A stretch of 64,000 nt of DNA from Oscillospiraceae bacterium. GTDB taxonomy: Bacteria; Bacillota_I; Bacilli_A; RF39; UBA660. Where the stretch lies: NCBI GenBank assembly GCA_963632935.1, contig CAVGWA010000004.1, forward strand, positions 2,576 through 66,575, written 5' to 3'. Positions 8,704-17,374 of this stretch are shown here, piece after piece (within the stretch, counting starts at the first letter, position 1; each line of letters opens with the position of its first letter). Both the position numbers and the translations under genes were made by a program. Below the pieces are notes generated by a model. It was not told the origin of the DNA. It was given only the letters and a program-made list of their open reading frames with translations, and did not search any database.

Positions 8704-9345
8704 ATGAAAAAAAAATTATCAAAACCAATACTATATGGATTAACCTTTAGTATGAGTGCTTTACTATTAGGAGGAATATATTACACAAGCAATAACAAAA
8801 CATTAAAACAAAATAATGAAAAAGAAGAACATGTATATGTATCAAAACTATTTAATACACCAGTAGAATCAGTAGTAAGTACAGAAAACGTAATAATTAA
8901 ACCTTATACTGACACATCAGTAAAAGAAATATCAACATATTATGATTATAAAGCAAAAGAAAAAGAACAAGAAAACTCAATAATAAACTATGATACAACA
9001 TACATTCAAAACAGTGGAATAACATATGGTGGAATTAACAATACCTTTGACGTTGTAAGCATACTAGAAGGAAAAGTAACAAGCGTAAAAGAAGACAAAT
9101 TAATGGGAAAAATAATCACGATTGAACATGATACAAATGTAATATCAACCTATAAAAGTCTAAGTGAAACAACAGTAAAAGAAGGCGATATAGTAGGACA
9201 AGGAACGGTAATTGGAAAAGCCGGGGAGTCCAATTTAGATAAAAATTTAGGTAAACATGTTCTATTTGAAATATCCGTTAATAATAATTATATAAATCCT
9301 AATAACTGTTTTAACAAAACATTAACCCAAATAAAAAGTGCATAA
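8704..9345 (+). CDS. spoIIQ: SpoIIQ-like membrane-anchored protein with degenerate LytM (M23) domain
   Basis: One N-terminal TM. M23-like core GKIITIEHDTNVISTYKSL..GDIVGQGTVIGKAGES..GKHVLFE, but the HxH motif reads HVL and no upstream HxxxD is evident. Conserved position after spoIID. Confidence 0.55.
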   Translation: MKKKLSKPILYGLTFSMSALLLGGIYYTSNNKTLKQNNEKEEHVYVSKLFNTPVESVVSTENVIIKPYTDTSVKEISTYYDYKAKEKEQENSIINYDTTYIQNSGITYGGINNTFDVVSILEGKVTSVKEDKLMGKIITIEHDTNVISTYKSLSETTVKEGDIVGQGTVIGKAGESNLDKNLGKHVLFEISVNNNYINPNNCFNKTLTQIKSA

Positions 9346-9412
9346 ACGTCACTACTCAGCCATTATATGAAAAAAATGACACAAATTTAATAAAATGAGT
9401 TATAATACTTAT

Positions 9413-9464
9413 AGCGAGATACGGCTATCCTAAACAATAGTTAAATAGTATCTCGCTTTTTTTA
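9413..9464 (+). terminator. Hairpin + T-run downstream of spoIIQ-like gene
   Basis: AGCGAGATAC (9413-9422) pairs with GTATCTCGCT (9448-9457), followed by T7. The inner loop has a small CTAT/ATAG helix. Confidence 0.5.
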
Positions 9465-9644
9465 ATTGTTTGATGATAAACAACTATTAATTTAGGGCAG
9501 TGATGCAAATGAGAAAATATAATAATGACATATATTCAATGTATGAAGAATATCAAAAGAACATTATTCTGATGTGACATATAATAATGATTTAAAAGCA
9601 CTAATTACAGCACTGGAAAATTATTATTCATTAAGTTATAATCT

Positions 9645-11673
9645 TAAGTTTGACAGTTGTGGAACATAAAAACTCTTACAAGCCCTTATAAATAAAGGGA
9701 AAAGTAAGAGTTTTTATGTTTCAAAAAAGTTGCGTACAACTTTATTTTTTTATTTGTATAAAAATTTTTTCAAAATTTTTATAATTTATTATTTCATAGT
9801 CTGTTCTAAAGCCAAAAACATCATGCAGATCATCGGTTAAATCTGTTCTGGTATAAGCCGGACAATATCCAGTCCCTTTTTCTTCAAACATTTTCATTTC
9901 TTTTAATTTTTCTATTATTTGCGTATTTGTATATTTATAATTTAATTTTTTTTCTAATATTCTATAAATTAATAGTGATATAAAACATGTTAGAAAGTGA
10001 GCTTTAATCCTATCTTCTCTCGATAAATGAACAGTTCCAGAATCGAAATCGGTTTTTAATATTCTAAACGATTCTTCTATTTCCCATCTGTTTTTAGAAA
10101 TTTTTAATATATCTTTTATCTCACCAGTTAAATTAGTTGTAATTCCATAATAGCCATCAAATTTTTCTTCTTCTTTAACTTTATCTTGATCAATAGAATA
10201 TGAATAATAATATTTTGCTTTATTATTTTCTTCATTAAGTGAATTAATATCATTAATTTTATTATTCTTAGTTTTTTTGCTTTCACTGACTTCTTCTTTT
10301 ATAAGTCTTCTGAAATCATTAGGATTAACACTTAATTTTATTTTTTCACCTTTATTTGTCAATCCTATTTTTTTATTTGCTCTTTCTATTTGACCATTTC
10401 TAACATTTCTTAAATAATCTCTATATTTAATTTGAAATGTAACTATTAAATCTTGAACAACGTGAGCTGTTTCTGTTTTAATTATCTTATAAAAAATTGT
10501 TTCATAATGGTTTTTAGATAATTCTTCATTATTTAATATTTCACTTAATTTATAAGTTTTACTTAAATCACCAACAATTCTCCAGTTGCCATCTTCAAAA
10601 ATTTCTTTTTGATATTCTTTTTTTAATTTTTTAATAGATTGTGTAATTACAAATGCTTTGCCATCTTTTATATTAAATTGTTTAATTTCATCTGTACACA
10701 TAGCAGCATCAGTACATATAATGGTTTTCTTATTATTTAAGGCAAAATCTTTTTCCATTTTTTCTTGTAAAGGTATTAAATGTTTTGTTTCATTTTCATT
10801 TCCTGGATATATATTCATGGCAATAGGTAAACCATTGCCATCCATAAATAATCCCATTCCAACTAATGGCTTAGCTTTACCATCTTTTCCTTTGCCAGAT
10901 TTTTGAAGTTCTGTTTCTTCATTTATATCAAAGTAATAATTAGTACAATCAAAATACATAATTCTAGTGTTTCTATCAATTACTGATTTACTGTTATTGT
11001 ATATTTCTTTTTGTATAAAATCTAATTCAGCATTTAGATAAGTTAAACCACGATATATATTTTCCAAATTATACTTAGGTGTTTCAATAAAATTTTTACT
11101 TAATTCATAAGTTTTAAGTTTTGATGAAGGATATATTATTCTTGAAAATACTAAATTAGATAATACTTCATTTAAATCAAACTCAAACTTGTATTTTTTA
11201 CTTATCTTTTTAACAGTTTTATCTATATTTAATGAATAATATATATTCTTTAAGAATAGGTATCCAACATTAAAATTATTAATAACATCTTTAGGTATTA
11301 ATTTATTTGAATATTTTTTTATAATAACTTCTTTTTCAATCATTGGTGGATGATTTTTAATATATTCATTTAAACAATTATTAAGATAAGTATTAGCATC
11401 GATTTTTTGTTCAGAAGCTAATAAAGTTACTTTATTTTCATTACCGATAGTGAGAAGCGTTTTTGTAGTTCTTTTTCCGTTTCTATAATAATCTTCAATA
11501 ATGGAATAATATTTAATATTTTTGGCGGTTGTTGTTCTTAATCTTACCATATAATCACATCCTGTAATACCATTATAACATTAGACGTAATTAGACGCAA
11601 GATAAAAAATGCAAAAAAAATAAGTATTTTCAATACTTGCCATGCTATTTTAGACCTACAACTGTCAAACTTA
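9645..11673 (-). mobile_element. IS1634-family insertion sequence (~2.03 kb)
   Basis: Perfect 16-bp terminal inverted repeats TAAGTTTGACAGTTGT (9645-9660) and ACAACTGTCAAACTTA (11658-11673) bracket one transposase ORF. No flanking direct repeat seen. Confidence 0.8.
9742..11550 (-). CDS. IS1634-family (IS4-superfamily DDE) transposase
   Basis: 602 aa. N-terminus MVRLRTTTAKNIKYYSIIEDYYRNGKRTTKTLLTIGN is typical of IS1634 transposases. DDE region ...YFDCTNYYF..., ...IICTDAAM..., ...RWEIEESFR. Confidence 0.85.
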   Translation of the reverse strand: MVRLRTTTAKNIKYYSIIEDYYRNGKRTTKTLLTIGNENKVTLLASEQKIDANTYLNNCLNEYIKNHPPMIEKEVIIKKYSNKLIPKDVINNFNVGYLFLKNIYYSLNIDKTVKKISKKYKFEFDLNEVLSNLVFSRIIYPSSKLKTYELSKNFIETPKYNLENIYRGLTYLNAELDFIQKEIYNNSKSVIDRNTRIMYFDCTNYYFDINEETELQKSGKGKDGKAKPLVGMGLFMDGNGLPIAMNIYPGNENETKHLIPLQEKMEKDFALNNKKTIICTDAAMCTDEIKQFNIKDGKAFVITQSIKKLKKEYQKEIFEDGNWRIVGDLSKTYKLSEILNNEELSKNHYETIFYKIIKTETAHVVQDLIVTFQIKYRDYLRNVRNGQIERANKKIGLTNKGEKIKLSVNPNDFRRLIKEEVSESKKTKNNKINDINSLNEENNKAKYYYSYSIDQDKVKEEEKFDGYYGITTNLTGEIKDILKISKNRWEIEESFRILKTDFDSGTVHLSREDRIKAHFLTCFISLLIYRILEKKLNYKYTNTQIIEKLKEMKMFEEKGTGYCPAYTRTDLTDDLHDVFGFRTDYEIINYKNFEKIFIQIKK

Positions 11674-11793
11674 GGGATGATACACTTGATAATTTATATG
11701 AAACAGTTATTAGTGATATAAACTTATCAGATAAAAAGTGTAGAACCTTGAATCAGTGCAGGAAATAGAGTATATTTATAATGGGTGATAAAT

Positions 11794-12261
11794 ATGGTAA
11801 TAACAATTAAAGAAGAAGGCTCAAGATTTGGAACGCGTGTTGGAGCAATTATCTATAATGAAGAAAAAACAAAAGTTCTTTTAGAAAATCAAGATAATGG
11901 AAGATATATGTTCCCTGGCGGTAGAATTGATGTTCACGAAGATAGTAATACTGCGATAGGTCGTGAATTAAAAGAAGAATTGGATTTGGAAACAGAACCA
12001 AAATTAAAGTATATAGTGGAAATGTTTTTAGATTCTCCAAAGACAAAATATCATGAAATCGGTTTATATTATTTATTAACTATTTCTGAAGATAAAGTTG
12101 CAAATAATTTTCATTCTTTAGATGGTGATGGTATATTTGAATGGGTTTCAATATCAGAGATAGAAAACTATAAAATTTTAGCAAAGCCAATAAAAAATAA
12201 GGTTGTTAATAATCAAATTGTTGATGATAAATTAGAGCATTTAATTTATAGGGAATATTAA
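11794..12261 (+). CDS. Nudix hydrolase
   Basis: Nudix box GGRIDVHEDSNTAIGRELKEELDL. RBS GGGTGA upstream of ATG 11794 (the ORF also opens at GTG 11785). Confidence 0.85.
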   Translation: MVITIKEEGSRFGTRVGAIIYNEEKTKVLLENQDNGRYMFPGGRIDVHEDSNTAIGRELKEELDLETEPKLKYIVEMFLDSPKTKYHEIGLYYLLTISEDKVANNFHSLDGDGIFEWVSISEIENYKILAKPIKNKVVNNQIVDDKLEHLIYREY

Positions 12262-12305
12262 TTATATTAAAATTCGATAAACCAAAAGTATAAACGGACT
12301 ATTGG

Positions 12306-13758
12306 GGTTCTTTGTCAAATAGTGTTGGTGAACAATAAATTTGATAAATGAATTGATATTATAGGGATGATGAAAGTCATCCCTTTATAATGCCTTTAAT
12401 TAAGAAAATACGAGATATAAAATGATCATATTTTTTATAACCAAAAGCAATTCTTTTAATGCATTTTATTAAATTATTAGTCCCCTCAATAATGCCATTA
12501 TTAATATCATATTTAAATGAATTTTCAATATATTTAATATTTTCTTTGTATAATTTTAATGCTTGTTTCATTTTTAAAGATAAATTTTTATTTTGGTTTA
12601 ATGTTATTGATTTAAATTTTTCAAAATTTTTATCTTTTAAAGAATTAATTAAACCTTGATAACATTCGTAAGTAGTTTTCAAAGTCTGATTTGTATTAAT
12701 CAAATATTGAACAATATCTTTTTGAGACATATCTTTACGAAAATGTTTAGAATATTGTTTTTCTTCAGATAAATCATTTTCATTTTTAACAATTAATTTC
12801 CAATAATCTTTTAATTTATTATAATTAGGATTATCTTTTTTACACAAGCTAACTCTAGTAGAATTTAATGCATTATAAGCTTGAATAACAATATGAAATC
12901 TATCAATAGATATATCAGCATTTTTAAATAATTTTTTAGCTAAGAAGATGTAACCAGAATAAAAGTCAATAGAAATATGTTTAACTTTATCGCGTTCTTG
13001 TTTGGAGTATCTTCTAAAATATTTTTCTAAATCTCTAGATTTTCTAGAATCATTTATATCAAATAAGTTACCATTGTCATTATTGGTAATAATAAAAGCC
13101 ATTTTACCTTTAGTATCTTTAGTAGCTTTAAATTCATCCCAATTCATTGATTTAGGCAAAGTGGGATGCCTTAAAACAGTATTAGATGATATCTCATTTA
13201 ATATACGGTCAATGACAGAAACAGAAACATCCATTCTTTTAGCAATATCTTTTTCAGATTGTTTTTCCATAAGTTCTAGTTTAATTTGTAAATTGGTGTT
13301 ATTAGAGATATTTTTATTCTTATTAACTAGGTTAGTTTCGGCAATAAATGTGTTATTACAATGCTTACAAAAGAAACGTTGTTTATGAAGAATTAATCTA
13401 GTTAAACAATTTCCTTGTTTAGGAATTTTAACAATACAATTTTTTCTAAAGCCCCATTTGATAATATCATCTGTAGATTGATTGATAATTCCACAATTTG
13501 GACAACGTTCAGGCATATAGGTCAAAATACCTTCAATTATCTTGTAAAATTTCCCTTTTATCAATTTTTCTTTACAATTAGTAATAATATGAATATTTTC
13601 ATCTTTAATATTTAGTAAATTTAGTATATAATTATTTGTAGACATAAGTTTATTCCTTTCAGTGTATTATTAACAATTACATTGTATCAAACTTATGTCT
13701 TTTTTTAATAAAAACAGTGTAGTGATTTACACTCACCAACACTATTTATAATACAACC
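12306..13758 (-). mobile_element. ISL3-family insertion sequence (~1.45 kb)
   Basis: Imperfect ~26-bp IRs: GGTTCTTTGTCAAATAGTGTTGGTGA (12306-12331) vs reverse complement of 13733-13758 (GGTTGTATTATAAATAGTGTTGGTGA). Only a short CTATT repeat is visible at the flanks. Confidence 0.8.
12377..13645 (-). CDS. ISL3-family transposase
   Basis: 422 aa. MSTNNYILNLLNIKDENIHI..., zinc-finger CPNCG...CKHC, DDE_Tnp_ISL3-like C-terminal region. Confidence 0.9.
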   Translation of the reverse strand: MSTNNYILNLLNIKDENIHIITNCKEKLIKGKFYKIIEGILTYMPERCPNCGIINQSTDDIIKWGFRKNCIVKIPKQGNCLTRLILHKQRFFCKHCNNTFIAETNLVNKNKNISNNTNLQIKLELMEKQSEKDIAKRMDVSVSVIDRILNEISSNTVLRHPTLPKSMNWDEFKATKDTKGKMAFIITNNDNGNLFDINDSRKSRDLEKYFRRYSKQERDKVKHISIDFYSGYIFLAKKLFKNADISIDRFHIVIQAYNALNSTRVSLCKKDNPNYNKLKDYWKLIVKNENDLSEEKQYSKHFRKDMSQKDIVQYLINTNQTLKTTYECYQGLINSLKDKNFEKFKSITLNQNKNLSLKMKQALKLYKENIKYIENSFKYDINNGIIEGTNNLIKCIKRIAFGYKKYDHFISRIFLIKGIIKG

Positions 13759-13763
13759 TATTA

Positions 13764-13786
13764 AAGTAGATATTTCTACTTTTTTA
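13764..13786 (+). terminator. Terminator, probably that of the Nudix gene, displaced by the ISL3 insertion
   Basis: AGTAGA / TCTACT stem followed by TTTTTT, starting 6 nt after the ISL3 right end. Confidence 0.5.
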
Positions 13787-13859
13787 ATTTTAGATAAAAT
13801 AATTAAATAAAAAAAATATCACCACATATTATATAATGTAAAAATCGAGGTGATTATAA

Positions 13860-14636
13860 TTGAAATACGAAAAAATAAAACAAAACATTAAATTACAAAA
13901 TGACTTAAGGCAAATTGGAATAGAAACAACAAATTTAAAACCATTAATGGGACCAACTGGTCCAAAAGGGGATATTGGACCAACAGGACCTCAAGGGATA
14001 ATGGGTCCAACAGGTTCAAAAGGAGATAACGGAATAAAAGGTGACATTGGTCCGACTGGACCCAAAGGAGAAAATGGAATAAAAGGGGATATAGGTCCGA
14101 CTGGACCCAAAGGAGAAACCGGTCCAAGAGGAATTGCAGGCCCAGTAGGCCCCGCTGGTTTAGAAGGAGACATCGGACCAACAGGACCAACAGGACCTGC
14201 TGGAACATTAGGACCTACATCGTATAGTGTAGTTGCCTTTGCTAGTTATCCAAATACTCAAAATACAGGAATAATCGATATGGGGTCAAGAAGAATAATA
14301 CCAGGTGTTACTGATATAATATCAATGCCTAATAATAATGATATAGTAATTAATAAAACAGGCGTTTATGAAATAGTAATGTGTGGAAGAATATCAGGAG
14401 TAACACAAATAGTTGGAGCATCATTTGCCTTAATAAATAAAGGCACAGGTGCAATTATAAATGATTTAGAATTTAAATTAGAAAAGGGAGAGACTAGCGA
14501 TATGGATTTTTCTGAAACTAATTTTGTTGATATAAATGCTGGAACAACATTACAAATAAAAACTACAACAACAGAAACAACTTCAAATATTAAATTTACA
14601 GAAATAAATTTATTAATTAAAAGATATAATATATAA
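13860..14636 (+). CDS. Collagen-triple-helix-repeat protein with C1q/TNF-like C-terminal domain (BclA-like spore-surface candidate)
   Basis: TTG start 7 nt after GAGGTGA. 30 aa N-domain, 30 uninterrupted G-X-Y triplets, then a ~138 aa beta-rich C-domain ([13 protein letters not shown]...). Confidence 0.85.
   Translation: MKYEKIKQNIKLQNDLRQIGIETTNLKPLMGPTGPKGDIGPTGPQGIMGPTGSKGDNGIKGDIGPTGPKGENGIKGDIGPTGPKGETGPRGIAGPVGPAGLEGDIGPTGPTGPAGTLGPTSYSVVAFASYPNTQNTGIIDMGSRRIIPGVTDIISMPNNNDIVINKTGVYEIVMCGRISGVTQIVGASFALINKGTGAIINDLEFKLEKGETSDMDFSETNFVDINAGTTLQIKTTTTETTSNIKFTEINLLIKRYNI
13950..14219 (+). repeat. Collagen-like G-X-Y coding repeat (30 triplets), including a tandem 45-bp duplication
   Basis: [16 protein letters not shown]... 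Units at 14022-14066 and 14067-14111 ([15 protein letters not shown] / [15 protein letters not shown]) are ~39/45 nt identical. Confidence 0.9.
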
Positions 14637-14668
14637 AAAAATTGGACATTAATTCCAATTTTTATATA
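14637..14668. terminator. Bidirectional terminator between convergent genes
   Basis: AAAAATTGGA ... TCCAATTTTT palindrome directly after the collagen-like gene stop, overlapping the stop of the minus-strand gene. Confidence 0.6.
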
Positions 14669-15110
14669 CATCATTAACACCTTTGTTATTATATTCATCT
14701 AAAATAGCTTTTTTAATCTTTTTATCCATACTTGATAAATAACCAGTAAATGTTTTTTTACCAATTATAATATAAGGCACACCAGATGCTTCTTCATTTA
14801 ATTTACTAGCCATTTTATTCATAAGATCATTATTTTCATCATCATTCCAAACCTCAAAACTATATATATTAAAATATGACTTATATTTATTATCTAAATT
14901 ATTAAAAAATAAGTTAAGTTCTTCACAATGTGGACATCCATCACCCCAAAATACATAAATATTAATTTTTTTATTATCAAATTTAATGTCAGATTCTTTT
15001 TGGCTTTTAAATGTAGTATTAGTTGTCTTTTTATTAGAAGCAAAAAAACAAACAATACCAATTAAAATAATAATAATTAAAACACTTATCCCATAAATAT
15101 ATTTTTTCAT
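14649..15110 (-). CDS. Membrane-anchored thioredoxin-fold thiol-disulfide oxidoreductase
   Basis: N-terminal TM (MKKYIYGISVLIIIILIGIV). CxxC active site WGDGCPHCEE. The ORF extends to 15149, but the MKKY start fits a signal-anchor. Confidence 0.7.
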   Translation of the reverse strand: MKKYIYGISVLIIIILIGIVCFFASNKKTTNTTFKSQKESDIKFDNKKINIYVFWGDGCPHCEELNLFFNNLDNKYKSYFNIYSFEVWNDDENNDLMNKMASKLNEEASGVPYIIIGKKTFTGYLSSMDKKIKKAILDEYNNKGVNDVYKNWN

Positions 15111-15218
15111 ACAACCAACTTCTTTCATAATACTTTTTAATTCTATCATTATATTTTATCACAGTCAATGGATAAATTTTGGAATGTTATGGTATAATAA
15201 ATAGGCGAGGGGATTTAT

Positions 15219-16049
15219 ATGAAAGAAATAATTATAGATACAATAATAGATAATTTAAAGCTTTTACCATTTCTATTTTTAGCTTTTTTAATAATTGAAT
15301 TTACTGAACACAAATTAACTCATAAAAATGAAAAAATTATTAGTAAAGCAGGTAGATTTGGGCCATTAATCGGTAGCCTTTTAGGTGCTATTCCACAATG
15401 TGGGTTTTCTGTTATGGCGACCAATTTATATGCCACTAGGATAATTACTTTAGGCACTTTAATATCAGTATATTTATCTACAAGTGATGAGATGCTTCCA
15501 ATATTAATAGCTGAAAAAGCTAATATTAATATAATATTAACATTAGTATTAATTAAAATTATTATTGGCTTTGTATCAGGTTTCTTCATTGATTTATTTA
15601 TAAAAGAAAAACATGAAAAACAATATGAAATATGCCCACGCGATCATTGTGATTGTGAACATGGCATAATAAAATCAGCTTTAAAACATACTTTAAAAAT
15701 ATTTATATTCATATTTGTATTTACTTTTATTTTAAATATTATCTTTCATTATGTAGGTGAAGATACCATAAAAAACATTCTTAATAAAAATACACTATTT
15801 ACGCCATTTATCTCTGGTATAATTGGGCTTATTCCAAATTGTGGTTCAAGCATTTTACTTACTGAATTATATTTATCCAATATTTTGCCGTTTTCAGCTG
15901 CTTTAACAGGACTTTTAGCCAATAGTGGGGTTGCTCTATTAGTTTTGTTTAAAAGCGATAAAAAGCTACGTGAATGCATTAAAATAGTTGGTATAATATA
16001 TTCGATAAGTGTAGTTAGTGGTTTCATATTAATGTGTTTTAGTTTATAA
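15219..16049 (+). CDS. Polytopic membrane protein, putative 10-TM metal exporter (ArsP_2-like)
   Basis: N-terminus IIDTIIDNLKLLPFLFLAFLIIEFTEHKL and internal repeat IPQCGFS / IPNCGSS resemble the 'putative manganese/heavy-metal exporter' family. Confidence 0.5.
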   Translation: MKEIIIDTIIDNLKLLPFLFLAFLIIEFTEHKLTHKNEKIISKAGRFGPLIGSLLGAIPQCGFSVMATNLYATRIITLGTLISVYLSTSDEMLPILIAEKANINIILTLVLIKIIIGFVSGFFIDLFIKEKHEKQYEICPRDHCDCEHGIIKSALKHTLKIFIFIFVFTFILNIIFHYVGEDTIKNILNKNTLFTPFISGIIGLIPNCGSSILLTELYLSNILPFSAALTGLLANSGVALLVLFKSDKKLRECIKIVGIIYSISVVSGFILMCFSL

Positions 16050-16073
16050 GGTATAGTGTTATACCTTTTTTCA
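16050..16073 (+). terminator. Rho-independent terminator
   Basis: GGTATA GTGT TATACC followed by TTTTTT. Confidence 0.55.
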
Positions 16074-16086
16074 TATGGTTAAATAG

Positions 16087-16815
16087 GTGAGTAATATGTT
16101 TTATTTTCCTTTTATTTTAAGTTTTATAGCAGGCATTTCAACCTTACTAGGTTCACTTGTTATTTTTACAAAAGGAAATAAAGATAAAATAATAAAATAT
16201 TCTTTAGCTTTTGCATCTGGGGTCATGTTTAGTGTATCAATATTTAATTTAATTTTTGAAAGTTTAATTCTAATTGATAGTAAATATAAATTTTTTTATT
16301 CTGCGTTTTTTATTACAATTGGATTAATTATTCCATGCATAATAGATAAATTATTTAAATGTAGTAATAAACTTTATAAAATTGGTATATTTTCCTTTTT
16401 AACAGTTATTGCTCATAATATTCCTGAAGGCATTATTACCTATTTAACATTAAATACTGATATAAAATTAGGTATAGCTATAACACTTGCTATTACAATA
16501 CATAATATGCCAGAAGGTATAAGTATAGCTATTCCAATATATTATTCTTCTAAAAGTAAACTAAAAGCCATATTATTAACATTTATAGCAGGTATATCTG
16601 AATTTTTTGGTGCAATAATAGCTTGCTTGTTTTTTAAAAATATTTCTATTAATATTATTGGTTTTTTATTTTCTATAGTTGCTGGTATTATGTCATATAT
16701 GTCTATTTTAGAATTATTACCAAATGCTTTAAATTATAAAGAAAAAAAGAAAACATTAATTTTCTTTATAATTGGATTTATTTTTATGTATTTAAATCAT
16801 CTTTTAATAAAATAG
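16087..16815 (+). CDS. zupT: ZIP-family zinc transporter (ZupT-like)
   Basis: Duplicated HNIPEGI / HNMPEGI motifs and 8-TM layout. GTG 16087 or ATG 16096 start. Confidence 0.8.
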   Translation: MSNMFYFPFILSFIAGISTLLGSLVIFTKGNKDKIIKYSLAFASGVMFSVSIFNLIFESLILIDSKYKFFYSAFFITIGLIIPCIIDKLFKCSNKLYKIGIFSFLTVIAHNIPEGIITYLTLNTDIKLGIAITLAITIHNMPEGISIAIPIYYSSKSKLKAILLTFIAGISEFFGAIIACLFFKNISINIIGFLFSIVAGIMSYMSILELLPNALNYKEKKKTLIFFIIGFIFMYLNHLLIK

Positions 16816-16819
16816 GGGA

Positions 16820-17290
16820 TTAATAAATAATTTTATCATCAATATTTTTAAATTTATCAAATAATTTAATAGTTTCTTCCCTATCTATTTGTTTAAAATT
16901 TACAATTTTATTATTATATAAATTATTAAATAAAGAATATATCATATCATCCTTAAACCCTATATTAGCAGCATCTTCTTTATTATTTCCATAATATATT
17001 GTCCTAATATTAGCCCAAATAATAGCTGATAAACACATAGGACATGGGAAACATGTAGTATATATTTGACAGCCTGATAGGTCATGTGTGTTTAATATAT
17101 TACAAGCATCTCTAATAGCTGATATTTCTGCATGAGCAGTCGGATCATTATTAATTAAAACATTATTTTTACCAGTAGCAATAATTTGATTATCTTTAAC
17201 AATCACAGCTCCAAATGGACCACCATCTTTAAATTTATTATTATAGTTTTTTTCTGCCTCTTTATTAGCAGCGTACATATATTTATTCAT
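16820..17290 (-). CDS. guaD: Guanine deaminase (CDA-fold, GuaD-like)
   Basis: 156 aa. GGPFGAVIVKDNQIIATGKNNV..DPTAHAEISAIRDAC and PCPMC closely resemble B. subtilis GuaD. Confidence 0.75.
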   Translation of the reverse strand: MNKYMYAANKEAEKNYNNKFKDGGPFGAVIVKDNQIIATGKNNVLINNDPTAHAEISAIRDACNILNTHDLSGCQIYTTCFPCPMCLSAIIWANIRTIYYGNNKEDAANIGFKDDMIYSLFNNLYNNKIVNFKQIDREETIKLFDKFKNIDDKIIY

Positions 17291-17315
17291 ATTAAAACCT
17301 CACTTTAAAATAAAA

Positions 17316-17345
17316 GAATAAACCATAATAAATTTATTCTATCTA
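17316..17345 (-). terminator. Terminator after the HTH gene
   Basis: AGAATAAA / TTTATTCT stem. On the minus strand it is followed by TTTTATTTT. Confidence 0.5.
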
Positions 17346-17374
17346 TACAAGTTAACATAATATATATTATCGGA

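Noticed and set aside
8042-8728. A long 228-aa minus-strand ORF antisense to spoIID. Similar antisense ORFs occur at 3572-3916, 5456-5746, 10658-10906, 13002-13388, 25270-25671 and 62340-62660.
   Set aside because: Their F/L/I/Y-rich, low-complexity translations are typical of shadow frames in AT-rich DNA. Each lies opposite a gene with clear family motifs.
9376-9464. A TATAAT hexamer (9401-9406) six nt before a strong hairpin + T7, which could define a ~50-nt sRNA or a tiny riboswitch-like element.
   Set aside because: There is no acceptable -35 (ATGACA sits at 19-nt spacing). TATAAT is expected by chance in DNA this AT-rich. The hairpin is well placed to be simply the spoIID-spoIIQ terminator. 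No known aptamer was recognised.
9645-13758. IS1634 + Nudix + ISL3 considered as a composite transposon carrying the Nudix gene.
   Set aside because: The two IS elements belong to different families with unrelated ends, so they cannot mobilise the intervening segment together. The ISL3 copy looks like a simple insertion between the Nudix gene and its terminator.
13818-13845. ACATATTATATAATGTAAAAAT upstream of the collagen-like gene, considered both as a dif-like XerCD site and as a sigma-K-type -10 (CATATTATA fits CATAnnnTA).
   Set aside because: As a dif site, only the right arm matches partly (about 8/11) and the left arm does not match. As a sigma-K promoter, no AC element is present 16-17 nt upstream. 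An ordinary TATAAT (13832-13837) overlaps the region.
13888-14208. Two antisense ORFs (13888-14208 and 13991-14173, minus strand) across the collagen-repeat region, one reading as P/G-rich repeats.
   Set aside because: They mirror the G-X-Y coding repeat. The plus-strand frame has an RBS, a start, a coherent C-terminal domain and a terminator, and the antisense frames have none of these.
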